From an uncultured Gammaproteobacteria bacterium (GTDB taxonomy: Bacteria > Patescibacteriota > Patescibacteriia > Magasanikbacterales > UBA922), in NCBI GenBank assembly GCA_964597575.1, contig CAZQXB010000001.1, positions 274,111 through 338,110 on the forward strand: a stretch of 64,000 bases of DNA, written 5' to 3'. Each line of letters starts with the position of its first letter. The first letter of the stretch is position 1. This document shows, in pieces, positions 9,878 through 18,096 of this stretch. The notes under the pieces were generated by a model that saw only the letters and a program-made list of their open reading frames with translations, was not told the DNA's origin and searched no databases. The position numbers and the translations under genes are program-made.

Positions 9878-11031
9878 AGTTCCAAAAATCTTTTTTCTTT
9901 GATACTTTCTCGAATGTCTTTTGTCAGAGAAAGAAAGAAGTGGAGGTTGTGAATCGTTGCCAAACGGTAGGCGAGAAGTTCTTCAGCTCGAAAAAGATGG
10001 TGCAAATAACTCCTGGTAAATGTGCGGCAAGTGCTGCATGCACACGTTGGGTCAATAGGTTTTTTATCTTCACGAAATTCTGCGTTGGTAATAGAGAAGC
10101 GATATTTATTTTCTTTCGTCCCTCCAGTTTTTGGAGAAATAAATAAACTTCCATTCCGCGCCATCCGGCTTGGGGAAACACAGTCGAACATGTCTACTCC
10201 ATGTTCCACAACATCAAACAAATCACTTGGTGAAAAACCAAGGCCCATCGTGTAGCGTGGTTTATTTTCTGGAAGAAGTGGAGAGAGGTAGGAAAGAATA
10301 TCCCGTGTCGCTTCCATGTTGTATCCGATGGATTCTCCTCCTATGGCAATTCCGTCAAACGGCATGGCAGTAACAGCTTTTGCGCTCGCTTCGCGGAGTT
10401 CTTTGTGGTTTCCTCCTTGGATAATGCCGAATAAAAATTGACGATATCCGTGATACGACGTATTTTTTTGGTGTTCTTCAATACAACGCGCGGCCCAGCG
10501 GTGGGTGCGCTCCATGGCTTTTGTGGCGTAGGCGGTGTCGGCCGAATCCGGAGTGCATTCATCGAATGCCATAATAATATCTGCTCCTAATTTGTGCTGC
10601 ACCTCAATAGCGGATTCTGGAGTGAAGCGATGTTTGCTTCCGTCGATGTGTGAAGTAAATGTGACTCCGTCTTCGTCAATTGAAGTAAGTTTGTTTGCTC
10701 CTGCTTCTTTTTTTTCTTTTTGTGCACCTAAAGAAAAAACTTGAAATCCACCACTATCCGTTAAGATAGGCTTACCCCACTGCATGAATGTGTGCAATCC
10801 ACCGGCATTGCCAATGAGATCTTCTCCCGGGCGTAAATGGAGGTGATAGGTATTCGCTAAAATAATTTGCGCACCCAGTTCGTTTAGGTCGCGTGGGTCA
10901 AGGCTCTTTACGGTCGCCTGAGTTCCGACCGGCATAAATATGGGCGTTTCAATGTCGCCATGATCCGTATGAATAACCCCGGTGCGTGCACGAGTTTTGG
11001 AATCCTGTGAGGTGATTTCGAAAAAAGACAT
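9856..11031 (-). CDS. tgt: tRNA-guanine transglycosylase
   Basis: TPIFMPVGT, NTYHL, TDSGGFQVFSL, DMFDCV, C-x-C-x2-C zinc site; start trimmed to ATG 11031. Confidence 0.97.
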   Translation of the reverse strand: MSFFEITSQDSKTRARTGVIHTDHGDIETPIFMPVGTQATVKSLDPRDLNELGAQIILANTYHLHLRPGEDLIGNAGGLHTFMQWGKPILTDSGGFQVFSLGAQKEKKEAGANKLTSIDEDGVTFTSHIDGSKHRFTPESAIEVQHKLGADIIMAFDECTPDSADTAYATKAMERTHRWAARCIEEHQKNTSYHGYRQFLFGIIQGGNHKELREASAKAVTAMPFDGIAIGGESIGYNMEATRDILSYLSPLLPENKPRYTMGLGFSPSDLFDVVEHGVDMFDCVSPSRMARNGSLFISPKTGGTKENKYRFSITNAEFREDKKPIDPTCACSTCRTFTRSYLHHLFRAEELLAYRLATIHNLHFFLSLTKDIRESIKEKRFLELKKEWCN

Positions 11032-11098
11032 AGAAGAATAGTTGACCATAACAATACGGACTTTTGCGCCGCTTGGCAAGGTGGTCTACAATAGGGGT

Positions 11099-11905
11099 AT
11101 GTCAAAATCCACTCAAACACTCAATGCCGGTCTTATTGTAACGAGCATTCTTCTTTTGGGAGGAATTGTTTGGGTGTGGCCAAGCACGCAAGAATCGAGT
11201 GCCCCTGTAATAAAAACACCCTTTGTCGTTACGCGTCCCTCGACAACAACACCGCCTGCGCCGAGTACAAAACCATCTCCAGTGCCGCCTCCAACTCCGG
11301 AAACCCCATTTCCTGTACCCCCACCTACGGCTTCAATTAAAAATGAGGTACGTCTCGCGGTACCGTTTACTTCGCAAGCTCCAGAAAAAAATTGGGACGA
11401 GCCCTGGCAAAATGCCTGTGAAGAAGCAGCTCTTCTTATGCTTGATGCGTACTATAAGAAGTATCAGCTTTCACCCATTTTTGCTCGAGATGAGCTTCTC
11501 AAAGTTCTCGCCTATGAAGAAAATTTGGGATATGGGGGGAGTATTGATATGGAAAAAATAAAGAAGGTTGCGATTGAAACACTTCACTTAGACCGACACG
11601 GTACGTTAAAGATTATAGAGGATCCGGGTGTCGAAGATATTAAAGCCTATATTGCTGCGAAGAAACCAGTACTTGTGGTTGCTGACGGGAAGAAGTTGCC
11701 TAACCCTAATTTTCAAGGCGGTGGGCCGGCCTATCACGCTCTTATTATCACGGGGTATACGGAAGATACATTTATTACCAATGACCCAGGCACCCGACTC
11801 GGGAAAGATTTTGAATATCACATAGAAGATTTGATGGGTGCGATTCGTGACTGGAATGGGGGAAATGTAAAAACAGGAAGACGAGTTATTTTGGTGGTGG
11901 AGTAG
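11099..11905 (+). CDS. Membrane-anchored peptidase C39-like protein with Pro/Thr-rich linker
   Basis: VPFTSQAP..W..QNACEEA (Cys), YHALIITGY (His), ITNDPG (Asp); N-terminal TM. Confidence 0.8.
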   Translation: MSKSTQTLNAGLIVTSILLLGGIVWVWPSTQESSAPVIKTPFVVTRPSTTTPPAPSTKPSPVPPPTPETPFPVPPPTASIKNEVRLAVPFTSQAPEKNWDEPWQNACEEAALLMLDAYYKKYQLSPIFARDELLKVLAYEENLGYGGSIDMEKIKKVAIETLHLDRHGTLKIIEDPGVEDIKAYIAAKKPVLVVADGKKLPNPNFQGGGPAYHALIITGYTEDTFITNDPGTRLGKDFEYHIEDLMGAIRDWNGGNVKTGRRVILVVE

Positions 11906-11954
11906 CAGTCCTAGCTTGACAGCTTTGATTCGTCGTGTTTTACTATTTTTATAT

Positions 11955-12029
11955 ATGAATACAAATCAGAAAAAATCTCTTTCAGTCCAGGCTTGGTGGG
12001 CCACGAATCGTCTGTCGTGGTGTTTCTGA
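11955..12029 (+). CDS. Putative Trp leader peptide MNTNQKKSLSVQAWWATNRLSWCF
   Basis: 24-codon ORF just after TTGACA (11916); tandem TGG TGG at 11994-11999; followed by attenuator hairpins. Confidence 0.7.
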   Translation: MNTNQKKSLSVQAWWATNRLSWCF

Positions 12030-12084
12030 TTTGGTAAGATTATTTCTTAAAATCAAGCGCCCCGATAGTGGGGCGTTTCTATTT
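12001..12084 (+). promoter_or_regulatory. Transcription attenuator (1:2, 2:3, 3:4 helices)
   Basis: CCACGA/TCGTGG; GGTGTTTCTGATTT pairs with AAATCAAGCGCC; terminator AAGCGCCCCG-ATAG-TGGGGCGTTT then CTATTT. Confidence 0.7.
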
Positions 12085-12158
12085 GGTTTCGGCGAGAGGA
12101 GGAGGGTCTCGCTGGCACCAAATGATGAAATATCGTTTGCGTCCAGAGGGAGGTTCGA

Positions 12159-12926
12159 ATGTCGAACAAGGAAGCTTTTTTTGCTCTGCACACGTTCAAT
12201 CCGGCACTTGCCGGAGCCGTGGGCGCTGAGAGGGAGTTGTTTATCATCGAGAACGGAGTGCTGGTGCCGCGGGCTCCAGAAGTTCTGTCAGCCCTGTCTC
12301 ATGATCCTCGGTGGACGTACGAGCTGAGCGCTTGTCAGGTGGAATGCCGTACCACGCCAACGCATGATCCCTGGGAGTTGGTACGCGAACTGTGCGAACT
12401 TCGGCATCAAGTTGTCGGGGTCGCGAGACCGCTTGGGCTCGACGTGCTCTCTATGGAAGTGGCCCCGGCTACGATTCCACGAGAGGTATATCCCGACCCG
12501 AGATATGCGACCCTCTCAACCACCTTGCCTGAGGATCGGTTCCTTGCCGCGCTTCGTGTTGCCGGCACGCACGTTCATGTTGGTTGCGCGAATCTGGAAG
12601 AGGCTGTGAGAGTTCATGATGCACTCGTGGAGCATCTCGAGGAGCTTATCGCTCTCGGAAACTTTTCGGGCGGTGAGCGAATTCGTTTGTATGAGCGTGT
12701 CACGGCTCCGCATACCTATCCGCATTGTTACGGATCAGTAGATGCCTACTACGAAGATGCGGTTCGCTGCAATTTCACTTTGCAGCTTCGCAATAATTGG
12801 CATTTGATCCGCATTTCTCGGTACGGCACGGTTGAGGTAAGAGCGTTTGGTTCCCCTTTGTGTAACAGTAAAGTCGGGGACTGGGCTGCTCGTATCCAAG
12901 AGATCCGTGCCAACGCCATACGGTAG
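12159..12926 (+). CDS. Glutamate-cysteine ligase family 2 / YbdK-like carboxylate-amine ligase (short, GC-rich)
   Basis: VGAERELF, ELSACQVECRT, AGTHVHVG, W..IR...YGTVEVR motifs; SD GGGAGG. Confidence 0.75.
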   Translation: MSNKEAFFALHTFNPALAGAVGAERELFIIENGVLVPRAPEVLSALSHDPRWTYELSACQVECRTTPTHDPWELVRELCELRHQVVGVARPLGLDVLSMEVAPATIPREVYPDPRYATLSTTLPEDRFLAALRVAGTHVHVGCANLEEAVRVHDALVEHLEELIALGNFSGGERIRLYERVTAPHTYPHCYGSVDAYYEDAVRCNFTLQLRNNWHLIRISRYGTVEVRAFGSPLCNSKVGDWAARIQEIRANAIR

Positions 12927-13013
12927 TACGAGAGGAGAAAAAATCTCAGACTCTCGTACTACCTCCCCCTCCAATGTATTTCCCTTTAAAATATGATACG
13001 ATAGAAGCGTTTT

Positions 13014-13766
13014 ATGAAACCCATTCTTCTTGTACAATTTCGTACAGACCTAACTGGCCCACATGAAATCTCTTGCTTTAGAAGTGAATTTGATGCGGTA
13101 GGCGCTTCTCTTGAAACAGTTAATGCTGTTACTGAAGCGCTTCCCTCTGATCTTTCTATCTATTCAGGAATTATCTTGGGAGGAAGTGGCGAATTTTATT
13201 TATCTGAAGGTCATGGTGCTGGGACATGGCAAGAAGCGACATTTGCATTGATCGAACGAGCAAGACAACAGTCTGTTCCCCTTTTGGGTATTTGTTTTGG
13301 TTTTCAACTTCTAGGGATGGCGTATGGAGCAACTATCGTGCGGAATGAAAGTATGAGGGAAACCGGTACTTTTCTCGTTACGCAATATAAAGAAGGGGCG
13401 AGTGATGAGCTTTTGTCTTTGGCACCAGAAACATTCTTAGCGCAATTTGCTCACAAAGATTCTTTGATTAATTTTCCACCCTCGGTCATTGTACTTGCTA
13501 AATCAGAACGTGTTGCAGTTGAGGCATTTCGTGTGAGGGGTAGGGATCAGTGGGGCTTCTTGTTCCATCCGGAGTTAAATAAAAAACGTATGAGCGAACG
13601 ATTGTCCTTACTCCCAAGTTATGCTGGTGGTAATTCAGTTGATGCTCTTTTAGAGTCTTTTCACGATACCCCGGCTGCCACCGATCTTCTTCATGCTTTT
13701 ATTAAGTATGCCCAGAATCGAAATGGAAGTATTTCCCTCTCTCAAGAGGAAGCCGTTACGGTATGA
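13014..13766 (+). CDS. Class I glutamine amidotransferase domain protein
   Basis: GIILGGS, PLLGICFGFQ (catalytic Cys), FHPE. Confidence 0.88.
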   Translation: MKPILLVQFRTDLTGPHEISCFRSEFDAVGASLETVNAVTEALPSDLSIYSGIILGGSGEFYLSEGHGAGTWQEATFALIERARQQSVPLLGICFGFQLLGMAYGATIVRNESMRETGTFLVTQYKEGASDELLSLAPETFLAQFAHKDSLINFPPSVIVLAKSERVAVEAFRVRGRDQWGFLFHPELNKKRMSERLSLLPSYAGGNSVDALLESFHDTPAATDLLHAFIKYAQNRNGSISLSQEEAVTV

Positions 13767-15853
13767 TTGATTTTGCCAAAGAGCTTAATAGTGAACAGTT
13801 GGCCGTCGTAGAACACGGTGATGGCCCGTGTTTGGTTTTGGCAGGCGCTGGCAGTGGAAAAACCAGAACGATTACGTACCGCGTGGCGTACTTACTTCAA
13901 AACGGTGTTCTTCCTGAAGAAATTTTACTTGTCACATTTACGAATAAAGCCGCGAGAGAAATGACCAGTCGTGTGGAAATGCTCACCAACATGACGAAGC
14001 GTCTTCCCTGGTCAGGAACGTTTCACCATATTGGATTTCGGTTACTCAAACAGTACGCAGCTCTTTTGGGGTATCAACCGAATTTTACGATTCTCGATAG
14101 TGAAGATAGTTTAGACTTACTGAAACTCTGTTTAAAGTACGAAGGAATTGAGCGCAAAGATAAACATTTTCCATCTCCCCAAGTACTTCATGGTCTTATT
14201 AGTTTTGCGCGGAATGCTGAAACCACGCTTGAACACGTGCTTGATGCTAAACATCCACAATGGCTTTCTATTTCCGAAACACTGGTTCGCGTAGCCGAAA
14301 GTTATGAACAAAGAAAACGAAAAGCGAATGCGATGGATTTTGACGATCTCCTCACGAACACCTATTTGCTTCTGTTAAAAAACGAACGTGTACGGGAAAA
14401 GTTTGCCACACAGTTTCGCTATGTGCTCGTTGACGAGTATCAGGATACGAATAAAATCCAAGCTTCAATTGTGCGGCTTTTTTCATCACACCACAAAAAT
14501 TTACTTGTAGTAGGGGATGATGCGCAGAGTATCTACTCATTCCGTGCCGCAGATATTGCGAACATCTTAGATTTTTCTAAAACATTTCCGGAAGCGCAGG
14601 TATTTCGTTTGGAAACAAATTATCGTTCTACTCCAAATATTTTGTCGCTCGCAAATGAGGTGATTGCGAATAACATAAAGCAGCACAGAAAAACACTCAA
14701 AAGTGTTTTGCCGGAATTTGCTCGACCAGAAGTACATGCCTTTACCGATGCGCGTGAGGAGGCGGAATTTGTGGTAAGTCGAATCCAAGAATTACAGGAA
14801 GAAGGCGTACCCCTTCAGGAAATGGCAGTATTATTTCGCGCAGCATTTCATTCCCAAGCGATCGAAATGGAGTTAACCAAACGGGGTATTCCGTACGACT
14901 ACCGTGGTGGAACGCGCTTTTTCGAGCGCGCACACGTGAAAGATGTGTTAGCGTACCTTCGTATTTTCCATAATTCTAAAGACACGATTGCGTGGAGTCG
15001 TGTTCTTGCTATGCAATCGGGAATTGGTCCCGCAGCCATACAGAAAATTCTTCAAGTGCTCGAGATGTTCTCAACACCTCCTACATTTTTTGATATCCGT
15101 CATTTGGGCGCAGAACTTCCTGCGCGAGCACAGCTCGGGTGGAACGATGTGCTCAAAGCCTGGGAGGCTGTTGAGGCGACGAAGACAGAAGCCGGAGCAG
15201 TACTTCCGGGTGATGCTATCTGGGCGATTTTAGAAAGCGTCTATCGGACGTATGCAGAACATGAATTTCCGGACGCTCGGGAGCGATTGCAAGATATTGA
15301 GCAGTTAGCGAACTTTGCAGAGGCGGCAAATAAACGGGAAGAGGATCAATTGAAAGCACTCGAAATATTTTTGGCGGAAGCAAGTTTACAAGAAAGTTTT
15401 ACTGCCGCTCAGGCTCGTAAAACTTTGGATGCAGAAGAAAAGCTCACTCTCTCGACTATCCATCAGGCAAAAGGCTTAGAGTGGGAAGCGGTATTCGTGG
15501 TGCATCTTGCAGCTGGGCAATTTCCTTCTGACCGATCGCTCAAAACAGATCAGGGGCTCGAAGAAGAGCGACGGCTTTTTTATGTGGCGGTCACCCGGGC
15601 CAAAAAACATTTGGCCATGTCGTATCCGCTTGTTGGTGGCTTTGATACGACCCTTCAAGGCCCCAGTCTCTTTTTAGAGGAAATTGACCGTGAGTTATAT
15701 GATGATCACGGGGTGCGCTCGATCGCACCACTTACCGCATTTCGAGATTTAGCAGACCCTATAGAGGGGATTACCTACGAAGCGGAAGATGAACCGTTTT
15801 CTACCAAAAAGAAGCGCCCAACCTCATTTTTGTCGAGTATTGATGATCTTTGA
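13763..15853 (+). CDS. UvrD/PcrA-family ATP-dependent DNA helicase
   Basis: AGAGSGKT, VDEYQDTN, VGDDAQSIY, NYRS, TIHQAKGLEW, EERRLFYVAVTRA. Confidence 0.96.
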   Translation: MIDFAKELNSEQLAVVEHGDGPCLVLAGAGSGKTRTITYRVAYLLQNGVLPEEILLVTFTNKAAREMTSRVEMLTNMTKRLPWSGTFHHIGFRLLKQYAALLGYQPNFTILDSEDSLDLLKLCLKYEGIERKDKHFPSPQVLHGLISFARNAETTLEHVLDAKHPQWLSISETLVRVAESYEQRKRKANAMDFDDLLTNTYLLLLKNERVREKFATQFRYVLVDEYQDTNKIQASIVRLFSSHHKNLLVVGDDAQSIYSFRAADIANILDFSKTFPEAQVFRLETNYRSTPNILSLANEVIANNIKQHRKTLKSVLPEFARPEVHAFTDAREEAEFVVSRIQELQEEGVPLQEMAVLFRAAFHSQAIEMELTKRGIPYDYRGGTRFFERAHVKDVLAYLRIFHNSKDTIAWSRVLAMQSGIGPAAIQKILQVLEMFSTPPTFFDIRHLGAELPARAQLGWNDVLKAWEAVEATKTEAGAVLPGDAIWAILESVYRTYAEHEFPDARERLQDIEQLANFAEAANKREEDQLKALEIFLAEASLQESFTAAQARKTLDAEEKLTLSTIHQAKGLEWEAVFVVHLAAGQFPSDRSLKTDQGLEEERRLFYVAVTRAKKHLAMSYPLVGGFDTTLQGPSLFLEEIDRELYDDHGVRSIAPLTAFRDLADPIEGITYEAEDEPFSTKKKRPTSFLSSIDDL

Positions 15854-15933
15854 TTTTCGGAGTTTTTTCATTTTCATCGTTGACAAAGCCATTTTTAAGT
15901 GGTATACTCGAAAAAATTATCTTACTTGCTTCT

Positions 15934-16536
15934 ATGAATCATCCAAAGAAAGAGCGTTCGTTTGTCATGATTAAGCCAGACGGCGTACAGCGCGGTTTGA
16001 TCGGTTCTATTATTTCTCGTTTTGAACGCACCGGGTTAAAGTTGGTTTCTCTAAAGATGATGCTCGGTACTGAAGATCAATGCTGGAAACACTACAATAA
16101 AGACGATGCGTGGTTTCTTGCGAAGGGAACGATTACGGTACAGAATTTAACAGAAAAGGGTATTGAGGTGACCAAAGAGCCGATTGAATACGGAAAAGAT
16201 ATCTTACGAGGGAATGTGGTATTCATGACTTCTGGCCCAATGATTGCTATGGTTTGGGAAGGAAACCAGGCGGTAGCGGTAGTGAAGAAGCTTGTGGGTT
16301 CAACTGAACCAACGAGCTCAGACGTTGGAACGATTCGTGGAGATTTTACACTTGATTCTTACTCTCTTGCGAATATCGATGGACGTGCAGTACGTAACTT
16401 GGTTCATTGCTCAGATAAACCTGAAGAAGCAGAACGTGAGATCGAAATTTGGCTTGGTAAAGAGGATTTATATAAGTATCGTAATATTCAAGAAGAAATC
16501 TTATACGATGTAAATTTAGATGGAATTCTTGAATAA
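15934..16536 (+). CDS. ndk: Nucleoside-diphosphate kinase
   Basis: IKPDGVQRGL, GTIRGDF, RNLVHCSD; TTGACA/TATACT promoter upstream. Confidence 0.93.
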   Translation: MNHPKKERSFVMIKPDGVQRGLIGSIISRFERTGLKLVSLKMMLGTEDQCWKHYNKDDAWFLAKGTITVQNLTEKGIEVTKEPIEYGKDILRGNVVFMTSGPMIAMVWEGNQAVAVVKKLVGSTEPTSSDVGTIRGDFTLDSYSLANIDGRAVRNLVHCSDKPEEAEREIEIWLGKEDLYKYRNIQEEILYDVNLDGILE

Positions 16537-16546
16537 GGCAGGAAAT

Positions 16547-16589
16547 TGTGGATAATTTTCTTGACGAATTATCTTTTGCCCGGTAGTCT
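16547..16589 (+). promoter_or_regulatory. DnaA box plus sigma70 promoter
   Basis: TGTGGATAA 16547-16555; TTGACG-17-TAGTCT. Confidence 0.6.
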
Positions 16590-16605
16590 ACATTCATTCA
16601 CCACT

Positions 16606-16776
16606 ATGAAAAATGCGCAAAACAATTTCATTTGCCACATTCTCGATTCAAAACCGGGAGCGTTTGTGTGCCTTTCAACTAAGATGGTCAACACTTACAC
16701 CTTTACCGGTTCCGGGGTGGCTCGTTCGTGTGGTGGATGCGGCAACGATTGTCAATGTGGAAGCTGCAAACCATAA
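16606..16776 (+). CDS. 56-aa Cys/Gly-rich small protein or leader peptide
   Basis: Own promoter and terminator; ends SCGGCGNDCQCGSCKP; internal CGGGGTGGCT is complementary to the terminator's left arm. Confidence 0.55.
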   Translation: MKNAQNNFICHILDSKPGAFVCLSTKMVNTYTFTGSGVARSCGGCGNDCQCGSCKP

Positions 16777-16790
16777 TTACGAAAACGATA

Positions 16791-16824
16791 AAAGCCACCC
16801 CGAGAAATCGGGGTGGTTTCTTTT
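16791..16824 (+). terminator. Intrinsic terminator / attenuator hairpin
   Basis: AAGCCACCCCGA-GAAA-TCGGGGTGGTTT then CTTTT. Confidence 0.85.
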
Positions 16825-16994
16825 GGGAAGGTTTTCTAAAAAAGTTTGTGGGTAGCACTTAGCTGAAGAAGGGGATCATCTAAGTGCTACCGGACCTTAT
16901 GAGAGGGATACAAAGTTTGAACGGCAATGGCTGTTCAGCTCCGGTGCACAAACGGCAACGCAAACAATTCACCTCAACGACAAGGAGAAGAGTC

Positions 16995-17183
16995 ATGCGC
17001 ACCCAATTCGAGATCGATCCTGATGCGCCCAAGCCAGATCAAGATCGGGCCGCTCAGCTGCTGAGCTCTCTCGGCTCCTCCGGGATGGAGCGACGCCTCT
17101 TGGCACGGGATCTGCCGGAGGGAATCGTCGCCATCAGTGATGGGGACGAGATTCGTCGGGAGGATCTTCTTCGGGAGAAGTGA
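16995..17183 (+). CDS. GC-rich orphan, 62 aa
   Basis: SD AAGGAG before ATG; GC-rich codon usage. Confidence 0.55.
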   Translation: MRTQFEIDPDAPKPDQDRAAQLLSSLGSSGMERRLLARDLPEGIVAISDGDEIRREDLLREK

Positions 17184-17199
17184 TCAAGGAGGGCGCAGG

Positions 17200-17538
17200 G
17201 TGCTTCCTGCGGATCGGTCTCGTGCCATGCACGCGACAGGTCGGAAGAGCAATTGCGTTGCCTTCCCCAACGACATTCGGACCACGGTCCGGTTGTTGTG
17301 CGGGAAAGAAACAATTTTACCAAAGAGAGAGGGGTATCGCTTGAAAAGTGGTACTGGTAAGGTAAAGAGGGGTGATAGGCGGATGACGCCTGCTGATCAC
17401 GACGAGCTCAGCCTCATGAGAGCGGCTCGCGAGGAGGCTATGAAGCGGCCAGAGGCTTCTAGAGTAGTGCGGCATCTGGAGGATGCGATCAAGATGAAGG
17501 AGGAGTGGATCAATGGACAACGGGGAAGCAAACCCTAG
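17200..17538 (+). CDS. Orphan ORF (start GTG 17200 or ATG 17383)
   Basis: SD AAGGAGG before GTG; GAGGGG before ATG 17383; helical charged C-terminal half. Confidence 0.35.
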   Translation: MLPADRSRAMHATGRKSNCVAFPNDIRTTVRLLCGKETILPKREGYRLKSGTGKVKRGDRRMTPADHDELSLMRAAREEAMKRPEASRVVRHLEDAIKMKEEWINGQRGSKP

Positions 17539-17659
17539 CTTCGGAGGAACCATCAGTCTTCACGAGCTCGTGAATCCGGGTCAGATCGACCAGAAGAACG
17601 AGCAGTCGGTCGATGAGGTTCCGGCACCCGCGGAAGAAGACACCGCGACGGCCACCTAG
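17513..17659 (+). CDS. 48-aa acidic orphan MDNGEANPSFGG...EEDTATAT
   Basis: SD AAGGAGGAG; below ORF-track cutoff; followed by terminator. Confidence 0.45.
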   Translation: MDNGEANPSFGGTISLHELVNPGQIDQKNEQSVDEVPAPAEEDTATAT

Positions 17660-17691
17660 ATGGCCACACACCCATCACAGCTTGTCTGTGG

Positions 17692-17729
17692 GCCCCGGCT
17701 ATCGCACCTTGCGAGACGCCGGGCTTTTT
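17692..17729 (+). terminator. Intrinsic terminator
   Basis: CCCGGC...GCCGGG with nested hairpin, then TTTTT. Confidence 0.7.
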
Positions 17730-17791
17730 CATTAAAAAAGGGTTTATTTATCCACACTTGCCAGCCTTTTTTCGTGGCGGTATAGTACCTA

Positions 17792-17935
17792 TGATCTTGT
17801 CTATGGTGGATCGAAATTCATATTCTACAATAGATTCTTCTAGGGAAACCTATATTGCCTGTGCCCTTGGGCGCTCGCTGCGGTTACCCACCTACATCGT
17901 AGGGATAGAGAATCTCGTCTGCCTAGATGAGGTCA
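17792..17935 (+). ncRNA. ssrS: Probable 6S RNA (compact, about 144 nt)
   Basis: TTGCCA-17-TATAGT promoter; long 5'/3' closing stem; GGGAAACC/GGTTACCC helix followed by ACCTAC-ATC-GTAGG, like the Bacillus 6S GGGAGCC/GGCACCCACCU motif; terminator after. Confidence 0.7.
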
Positions 17936-18003
17936 CGAAAGCCAACCACCCCAAAAGGGTTGTTTTTTGTTTTTCTTTATGCTAGAGTACGTGCACAAAA
18001 AAT

Positions 18004-18077
18004 CGGGCTATAGCGCAGTTGGCTAGCGCGCATGCATGGGGTGCATGAGGTCGTGGGTTCAAGTCCCGCTAGCCCGA
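18004..18077 (+). tRNA. tRNA-Pro(GGG)
   Basis: C1-G72 acceptor; anticodon arm CATGC-ATGGGGT-GCATG. Confidence 0.95.
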
Positions 18078-18096
18078 CAAAAGTAAAAAAGAAATT

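Noticed and set aside
16606-16776. RiPP precursor (ranthipeptide-like)
   Set aside because: No radical SAM or other maturase nearby; kept only as a leader or metal-binding candidate
17758-17985. 75-aa ORF
   Set aside because: Its TTG start is the -35 element; the region is better explained as a structured RNA
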